Assembly (NCBI GenBank): GCA_964650355.1
Contig: CAZYTL010000004.1
Location: forward strand, 67,912-131,911
Direction: 5' to 3'
Origin: an uncultured Gammaproteobacteria bacterium
GTDB lineage: Bacteria > Patescibacteriota > Microgenomatia > CAYXHB01 > CAZYTL01
Length of the DNA stretch: 64,000 bases
Shown: piece by piece, positions 57,946 through 64,000 of the stretch
How the letters are laid out: every line of letters starts with the position of its first letter
Position numbering within the stretch: position 1 is the stretch's first letter
Made by a program: the position numbers and the translations under genes
Notes under the pieces: generated by a model
Seen by the model: only the letters and a program-made list of their open reading frames with translations
Database searches by the model: none
What the model was told of the DNA's origin: nothing

Positions 57946-58866
57946 TTATTTATGGGATAACACTTTTGAACTCACAGACGAATTCCACAACGGATTATAG
58001 AACTCGGTGGTCCATTGACTCTCCACTCTGCACTTAATCAATATCAGTCCGTAAGCAATAGTTCTTATCGGATCGACCAATAACGCCTTCGCTCCCGATT
58101 CAACCATCAGCTTCGTAGGCACCCTATATTCCTGCTCCACATCCAGGTCAGGAAACAATTCCGCCATCTTCTTCTGACTCAGCATCGCCCTCACACTCTG
58201 CCTGCTATGGCCCGCCAAGTTATCCGGCGAACGATACCATACCACCGCCTTAGGCTGATAAACAAATTTCCACCCCTTTGATTTGCAACTCAAATAACTG
58301 AAAGCATCTTCCCCCACCACCGGCAAAAATCTTAACTGCCGGTAAAAATCCTTCTTAAAAGCCCTGGCCCTCCCATGACACAAATGGATCGTGTCTCCTT
58401 TTCTAATCTTTTCCGCCATTTCAATCTTCACTACATGACTAAAATTAATCACTGACTCAAACCAGTTTCTGGCAGGCATAGGCACCACTTTCGCTCCCAC
58501 CAAACCGACCTGATCGTTCCGTCTCATCGGCTCAACTAATCTGGTTAAAAACCCACCGCCTGCAGGCAACACATCTGCATTCATCAACACCAACACATCC
58601 GACATACAGGCTTTAATTATCCGATTCTGACTTTTAGCCTGGCCGCTCCTTTGCCTATTCCGCAATAATTCCACTCTTTTGTCCTTAATTCCTTTGACTA
58701 TCTCATCCGTCCTGTCCCGACTCGCATCCGATACTACCACGATCTTATCCAGCTTAAATCCTTCCTTCTTTTGCTTCAATAACTCCTTCAGCAACCGGCC
58801 AATATTCCCCTCCTCATTGTAAGCCGGAATTCCGATGGTAATAGTCAAATTCTTATTTATTTTCAT
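57946..58866 (-). CDS. Family 2 glycosyltransferase
   Basis: TITIGIPAYNEEGNIGRLLKEL, VVSDASRD. Confidence 0.8.
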   Translation of the reverse strand: MKINKNLTITIGIPAYNEEGNIGRLLKELLKQKKEGFKLDKIVVVSDASRDRTDEIVKGIKDKRVELLRNRQRSGQAKSQNRIIKACMSDVLVLMNADVLPAGGGFLTRLVEPMRRNDQVGLVGAKVVPMPARNWFESVINFSHVVKIEMAEKIRKGDTIHLCHGRARAFKKDFYRQLRFLPVVGEDAFSYLSCKSKGWKFVYQPKAVVWYRSPDNLAGHSRQSVRAMLSQKKMAELFPDLDVEQEYRVPTKLMVESGAKALLVDPIRTIAYGLILIKCRVESQWTTEFYNPLWNSSVSSKVLSHK

Positions 58867-58932
58867 ATTCAGTAAATTAAGTTCTCCTTATTCGTATCAT
58901 TCGGATGTTTATTTGTAGATTAGGATCGCATT

Positions 58933-61900
58933 TTATTCTCTTTGATAAATAACATTTGGCACTAATCGAGGACGCTTAATCTCCTCCGGAACCGCTCTCA
59001 CTTCTGCAGCATCTTCAATTAACTGCAAAAACTTCTCCGCTGCCTTGTCCCAAGTAAACTGTTGCACAAATACATAGGCATTGCTACCCATCCTGCTCCT
59101 TAAACTCTCATGAGTAATTGCCACTTCCATTGTCTTAGCCCAGGCGTCTACGTCCTTTAAGGCCACCAGCCAGCCCGTTTTCCCGTCCACCACCGAATCG
59201 CACAATCCGTGCACTTTAGCTGCAATCGTCGGAGTTCCGCACGCATTCGCCTCCAACACCACCAGGCTCCAACCTTCTATTGACGACGGCTGCAGCAGCA
59301 CCCAGCTGCTCGATAACAACTTAACTTTTACCTTCTCGCTCACCTTACCCCAGAACTTCACCGACTTTTCGACTCTCAAATTTTTGACCAACTTCATCAA
59401 ATCCCGGGTCTTTTCCCCTTCCCCCGCGATTTCCAACCTGGCATCCGGGAACTTCTTTACCACCTGGCTGAAAGCCTTAATTCCCACATCCACGTTCTTA
59501 TACGCCTGATGTCTGCCCACATACACAAAAGACGGATACTTAGTCTTGGCACCTCGATAATAATCTTTCAAATTCACCCCGCAATACGCAAACTCGATCT
59601 GCTCCGGCTTAAACCGACCCAAACTTACAATATCCTTCTTAGACGATTCTGAAATCGTCACCACCTGCTCGTTTCTATACAACCACGGCATCACCACTCC
59701 TTCCATCAACTTAGCTATCACCGCAAACGATTTTAAGTACCATCTTAATTGCAAATGCTTCAAATACACTCCCTGATGCACATGATAAACCACTAAAAAC
59801 TTAGGTTTCCTCACATACAAAGGCGTAAAAAATGGAATCCCGTTCTCACAATCCACCACCACGTCAAACTTCCCCCTGAACCTGGTCACGTAACACCAAA
59901 ACGCCCAGAAATAAACCGTATAAAAGCCTCCCTTACGTACTATCCGCACCCCGTCGATTACTTCTTCTTCTTTATTCTTCTTGTCATTGCCACAAAACAA
60001 CGTCACCTCATGCCCTTCTTTTACCCAACGCTTGGCCATTTCGTGAGCATAAACTTCTGCTCCTCCTGCCCACACGTGCTTAATATCCCGCCAGTTATAA
60101 ATCAGAATCCGTAATCCTTTCCCTTCTTCCTCCTCCAGCTCCTTATGCCCGTTACCGCTCCCGTTTCCCCAAACAATCCTCACCCTCCCGAACACCTTCT
60201 CCATCACCTTTTCTATCTGCTTGGCAAACACATGCATCACCAGCATTCCTTCCATGAACACCACTCCTGACAACAACATCATCATCGCCATCATCTCCAC
60301 TGATTGATGCCAAACCGCCAACCCTGCCACCTGCATGATCGATAACCCCAATCCCACCACCGGAAACACATTCTTCTTCTTCAACTGGTAATAAGACATG
60401 AAATTGTTGGCAATCGCAAACAACACACTCGCCCCCGCATAGATCGGCAATAATCCCAAAATCACTCTTGATTTCTCCCCCAACAACAACGGCACGGTCA
60501 ACCTCCCCAACCATCCCACCGCCACAAACCCGGCTAAATTAACTACTGTGGCCAACCCTAACAATTTGTAAAATACTGACTTAGAATCCCTGCCTGCTCC
60601 TTCTTCCCTACTCACCAACGGAGGAATAAATTGGGCAAACAGTGATCCGCCGAAAAACACCATCTTTCCTACCAAAGACAACAACGCATATTCACCTGCT
60701 TCCACCGGTGACAAAAAGTACTTTGCCGCCACCACGTCCAAATTCATGAATCCCAAAGTGGCCAGTTTCGTCATCAAGGAAGTACCTACAAACTTATAAG
60801 ACAACTGCCGAATTTGCTTCTTACTCGCTTCTACCATATCCACCGGCAACCTGATGGCCACACTCCAACCGATAAACAATCCCATCCCCATCGACACCGG
60901 AATCGCCGCATATACCCAGGCATTCAATCCCAGTTTCACCAACACCACCGAAATCACCAACTTGGCCAAAGCCTCTGTCAGAATCACCACCCCCATGGCT
61001 GCAAACTTCATACTTCCCCGCAAAAATCCGCTATCAATCGCATACAATGTTCCGATTATCCACACCGGAGTAAACAAATAAAACGGCAACATGTCGCTGC
61101 TCTGGAACACTCTGGCCCAAATCGGCACCGTCATCAACCACATTCCCGTGATCGCAATCGCCACCTTCATTGCCTGCCACCTGGTGTATCGCCAAAACCT
61201 CTTCGCCACTTCCCCATGTTCACCTAACCAATACCCGCTTTTGTACATCACCGTTCTGGAAACTGCCTGCAGCGGGATCTGGGCCAAATACACCAAACTT
61301 CCCATTAAACTTACCAACCCGAACTGCTCCACACTTACCGCTCTTCCCAGATAAGCATTATATAAAAAGTTCAAAAAATTACTCGCTACCGACGCCCCCA
61401 CCAACACTCCACCCATAGAAGTTGCCGACTTTAACTGGTCAATCAACCAACCAGTCTGCTCTTTATCTACTCTCCGCGTCTTCCGCGCTCCCGCTTTACC
61501 ATCCGTCTGTCCGGACTGACTCTCAGCTTGATCAGTTTTCCCGTTTAGCCAACTCAAAGGCCAAAAATCACCTAATGAAATCAACCCTCTCCTCTTGCCA
61601 TTTGCTAATCCTGGTAAACTTCCCATCTCTGCATTAATTGGAACCTCCATCCGTCCCCCCCTAACCGCCGAAGCAGTCGCATACACCGGCGCCGGCTGCG
61701 GCAAAACCTCCGGTCCCCACGCCGGCTCTTCCACCACTTCTTCTTCCGCCTGTTCTAGGTGGAAACCGTGTTTGGTTTTCGCCCAATAATAAGGATTCAC
61801 TATCACCTCATAACCCGCCCGCCAGGCAGCCACGCTCATCCCCAGCCAATAAAAGGGCACTAAAAACACATACTTAATCAACTCCCACTGTCCCCGCTTG

Positions 61901-63969
61901 GCACATCCCACCATGTAAGCGTACAAATAACAAAAATTACCAAATACCATTGAAAACACCCCCAAATATAAAATCGGAGTCAAATATAAAGATTCGATCA
62001 CTTCCCCTACTATTGGCCTGAAAGCAAAATAACTTGCCGTCAACAACCATAAAAACGGATTCACCATCATCGACAACACCTTTCCTCCCACCGTCAACTG
62101 AAAGTACAAATTCTTCACCCACGTCCAACCATCATCATCTGATTTGACAACATCTGAATTCTGAATTCTAACTCCTAACTCCTGTATTCCTGATCCCTGA
62201 TTACTGCTTACTGATTGCTTGTTTCTTCTCATATGAACAAGGTACGTCTGTACATACCCCTTCACCCATCTGGTTCTTTGCCTATACCAGTTAAATATCC
62301 TGCTATTAGCTTCTTCCCAGGTCGTGGAATCCACAATCGCCGTCTGATAACCATGCTTCACCAGCCGCATTCCCAAATCGCAATCCTCTGTCACATTAAA
62401 CGCATCCCATTTATGCAATCTCAGCAAATCCTCAGTCCTAAAATGATTCGAAGTCCCGCCCAAAGGAATCGGCGCCTGAATCGACTGTAAACCTGGCAGG
62501 ATCAAATCAAACCACAGCGAATATTCAGCCGTAAACAACCTAGTGAGTAAATTTTGTTCCTGATTATAATAATTTAACTTAGCTTGAATACAAATCGTCT
62601 GCGGCCCTGCTTTTCTAAAAGCTAATACGGCTTTTTTCAACTGTAACGCATCTGGCCAGTCTTCCGCATCATAAACCACTACATACTCACCCTTGGCCAT
62701 CGATAAACCATAATTACACGCCTTTGGCTTCGTCTTAGGCAATCCGTGCGGCACCACCACCACCTGAAAATAATCAGGCAAATCAAACTCTCCCACCTTA
62801 TTAATTGTCTGTCTGTCATCCTCTTCCAATAACAGCAACACTTGCAACCTATCTTTGGGATAATCCAACTGCTGAATTCCCTGCACGAACTGGGGCACCA
62901 CCTGCCACTCCTTATATAACGGACACAAAATCGTATAACTCGGCCACTTATCCCCAAAGTCATTCATCTCCTCCTCTGTTACCTTAAACTCCACATCTTT
63001 CGCCAGACTCCTGTACACCAGCCATAAACTGAACACCAAATCAGCCAAATAATATAAAGTCAACCCGCTAATCACCCCAATCAGCGTCCCCCTCCAGTTC
63101 ACTGCCAAACCCAAGACCAGCAGCGCTGTTAACAATCCGATCACCAACTTTTGCCGACCGGTCGCCTGTTCGAACGCGCTTTCCGTCTTAGGTAAATCAG
63201 TTCGCGGCTCATACCTTTGCCCCTTATGCACCCACTTTTCTTCCTCTTCTGATTTTTGCTCTGTCATCGTCCCTTTCCTCCTTCTCATTTTTAACTTCAG
63301 AGCCGACCACCCAATCTCCAGACTCGTTTTCAAGATATTTACTTTTGCTTGACCTACAGTTCTCTCTGCAAAATCAATCTCCACTCCTCCAATTCTATAA
63401 CCCGCCTCCCTGGCATTCAGTAAAAATTCCAAATCAAACGTCCATCCTGTGGGATCCAATTCCATCCCCTCCAGCACCTGTTTGCGCCATACCTTCAATC
63501 CGGACTGCACGTCACAGTTCAAACCATGTAATCCCTTACCAAACACCCATCTAAACGCCTTACTTACCACCCTCCGTTTCCACCCGGTCCCCTGATAATT
63601 CCGATTCGCCACCACCACATCCGCCTCACCACTGGCAATTCTTTCCACCATTTCTGCGAGCGCTTCCGGCGGATACTGCAAATCCGCATCCATCATCCCC
63701 ACCACATCATACTTAGCCTGGGCAAATCCCTCTAACAACGAAAAAGCCTTACCTTGCGGACCTTGTTTTTCTACTAATCTGACCGGATAATCCTTACTCA
63801 GCGTCAAAGTCTCCTCTCGTGTTCCGTCAGTTGATCGGTCATTCACCACCAATACCTCATAGCCAATCCCAGCTGACCGCAAATTCGCGTCAATTCTTTT
63901 CACCAACGGGGTTAGATTTCCTTCCTCGTTAAACGCTGGAACAACAATTGAGATATATACCTGGGACAT
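58933..63969 (-). CDS. 1678-aa multidomain glycan-assembly fusion: GT2 (DPM/GtrB-like), then a processive GT2 synthase (cellulose/chitin/PNAG-synthase-like, with TM), then a Wzx/MOP-family flippase-like polytopic domain, then a C-terminal GT4 glycosyltransferase
   Basis: Approximate residue ranges follow. Residues 1-230: VVPAFNEEGNL, VVNDRSTDGT, MDADLQ (GT2). Residues 330-600: DAEDWPD (DxD), TEDCDLG (the TED motif), QRTRW (QxxRW of processive GT2), followed by TM helices. Residues 790-1290: 12-14 TM helices resembling polysaccharide biosynthesis/Wzx proteins. Residues 1300-1678: GT-B with EGWSLVVLEANACGTPTIA...VVDGKTGWLV, the GT4 E-x7-E region. Confidence 0.8.
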   Translation of the reverse strand: MSQVYISIVVPAFNEEGNLTPLVKRIDANLRSAGIGYEVLVVNDRSTDGTREETLTLSKDYPVRLVEKQGPQGKAFSLLEGFAQAKYDVVGMMDADLQYPPEALAEMVERIASGEADVVVANRNYQGTGWKRRVVSKAFRWVFGKGLHGLNCDVQSGLKVWRKQVLEGMELDPTGWTFDLEFLLNAREAGYRIGGVEIDFAERTVGQAKVNILKTSLEIGWSALKLKMRRRKGTMTEQKSEEEEKWVHKGQRYEPRTDLPKTESAFEQATGRQKLVIGLLTALLVLGLAVNWRGTLIGVISGLTLYYLADLVFSLWLVYRSLAKDVEFKVTEEEMNDFGDKWPSYTILCPLYKEWQVVPQFVQGIQQLDYPKDRLQVLLLLEEDDRQTINKVGEFDLPDYFQVVVVPHGLPKTKPKACNYGLSMAKGEYVVVYDAEDWPDALQLKKAVLAFRKAGPQTICIQAKLNYYNQEQNLLTRLFTAEYSLWFDLILPGLQSIQAPIPLGGTSNHFRTEDLLRLHKWDAFNVTEDCDLGMRLVKHGYQTAIVDSTTWEEANSRIFNWYRQRTRWVKGYVQTYLVHMRRNKQSVSSNQGSGIQELGVRIQNSDVVKSDDDGWTWVKNLYFQLTVGGKVLSMMVNPFLWLLTASYFAFRPIVGEVIESLYLTPILYLGVFSMVFGNFCYLYAYMVGCAKRGQWELIKYVFLVPFYWLGMSVAAWRAGYEVIVNPYYWAKTKHGFHLEQAEEEVVEEPAWGPEVLPQPAPVYATASAVRGGRMEVPINAEMGSLPGLANGKRRGLISLGDFWPLSWLNGKTDQAESQSGQTDGKAGARKTRRVDKEQTGWLIDQLKSATSMGGVLVGASVASNFLNFLYNAYLGRAVSVEQFGLVSLMGSLVYLAQIPLQAVSRTVMYKSGYWLGEHGEVAKRFWRYTRWQAMKVAIAITGMWLMTVPIWARVFQSSDMLPFYLFTPVWIIGTLYAIDSGFLRGSMKFAAMGVVILTEALAKLVISVVLVKLGLNAWVYAAIPVSMGMGLFIGWSVAIRLPVDMVEASKKQIRQLSYKFVGTSLMTKLATLGFMNLDVVAAKYFLSPVEAGEYALLSLVGKMVFFGGSLFAQFIPPLVSREEGAGRDSKSVFYKLLGLATVVNLAGFVAVGWLGRLTVPLLLGEKSRVILGLLPIYAGASVLFAIANNFMSYYQLKKKNVFPVVGLGLSIMQVAGLAVWHQSVEMMAMMMLLSGVVFMEGMLVMHVFAKQIEKVMEKVFGRVRIVWGNGSGNGHKELEEEEGKGLRILIYNWRDIKHVWAGGAEVYAHEMAKRWVKEGHEVTLFCGNDKKNKEEEVIDGVRIVRKGGFYTVYFWAFWCYVTRFRGKFDVVVDCENGIPFFTPLYVRKPKFLVVYHVHQGVYLKHLQLRWYLKSFAVIAKLMEGVVMPWLYRNEQVVTISESSKKDIVSLGRFKPEQIEFAYCGVNLKDYYRGAKTKYPSFVYVGRHQAYKNVDVGIKAFSQVVKKFPDARLEIAGEGEKTRDLMKLVKNLRVEKSVKFWGKVSEKVKVKLLSSSWVLLQPSSIEGWSLVVLEANACGTPTIAAKVHGLCDSVVDGKTGWLVALKDVDAWAKTMEVAITHESLRSRMGSNAYVFVQQFTWDKAAEKFLQLIEDAAEVRAVPEEIKRPRLVPNVIYQRE
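62153..62222. repeat. Heptanucleotide tandem repeat array (about 10 units: CTGAATT x2, CTAACTC x2, CTGTATT, CCTGATC, CCTGATT, ACTGCTT, ACTGATT...) inside the fusion glycosyltransferase
   Basis: Read directly; encodes the low-complexity linker KQSVSSNQGSGIQELGVRIQNSD. Confidence 0.8.
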
Positions 63970-64000
63970 AACTTAAAATTCCCCCATCCCAATTTACCGC

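Noticed and set aside
60152-61789. ORFs of 60-137 aa nested in the 1678-aa fusion gene
   Set aside because: They are shadow frames of a long ORF with clear domain motifs.
7234-62222. Heptamer repeat arrays considered as possible CRISPR or minisatellite arrays
   Set aside because: The units are 7 nt with no unique spacers and no cas genes nearby, so they are not CRISPR. They are annotated as simple tandem repeats.
1-64000. Search for tRNA, rRNA and CRISPR arrays
   Set aside because: No T-loop GTTCGAATC-like tRNA signatures, no rRNA-like segments and no regularly spaced repeats of 24 to 40 nt were seen by eye. A computational scan such as tRNAscan or Infernal would be needed to be certain.

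Overview
This 64 kb window looks like a gene-dense, moderately low-GC bacterial chromosome segment with mostly minus-strand coding. The combination of features suggests a Candidate Phyla Radiation / Patescibacteria-like organism: a group-3-type [NiFe] hydrogenase with maturation genes, a two-subunit 2-oxoacid:ferredoxin oxidoreductase, acetyl-CoA synthetase, secreted glycoside hydrolases with a dockerin-like module, and PT-rich linkers. The lineage assignment is inference. Gene identities come from sequence motifs I recognise, such as MCLAIP in HypC, RICGTC and DPCxxC in the hydrogenase large subunit, WCPGCGDFG in OFOR-beta, and HIGH and KMSKS in CysRS. No rRNA, tRNA or CRISPR array was found. 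The window spans four functional blocks. First, a hydrogenase/energy block from about 6.5 to 17 kb, containing hypC, small and large hydrogenase subunits, the maturation protease, a ferredoxin, an FNR-like oxidoreductase and OFOR alpha/beta. Second, a secreted carbohydrate-active block from 18 to 33 kb, containing a GH-A-like enzyme with dockerin, a beta-helix hydrolase, acs, an ABC exporter and a 1102-aa protein with about five tandem ~95-aa repeats. Third, an accessory region from 33 to 41 kb, containing a cupin gene whose 3' end is duplicated around an inserted single-gene cassette, followed by an AT-rich three-gene operon of unknown function and a 758-aa unknown protein. Fourth, a glycan-assembly locus from 48 to 64 kb, ending in a 1678-aa single polypeptide that fuses a GT2, a processive GT2 synthase, a Wzx-like flippase and a GT4 domain, preceded by a NodB-deacetylase-GT4 fusion, a GT2-methyltransferase fusion, two GT2 genes and two GT-C-like membrane proteins. 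Several things are not explained by the gene models. Degenerate heptanucleotide tandem repeats (GATACTT-like) occur at eight or more sites, both intergenic and in-frame inside conserved genes (cysS, OFOR-alpha, hypC, the glycosyltransferases). The small heat-shock (Hsp20) gene has a structured 5' leader of two tandem hairpins showing compensatory base changes, with a near-perfect CIRCE element upstream. rpoD and an RHH-nucleotidyltransferase each carry a +1 frameshift in a homopolymer C run. A perfect 10-bp inverted repeat sits in the divergent region between a >1060-aa unknown protein that runs off the window start and a 594-aa unknown protein.
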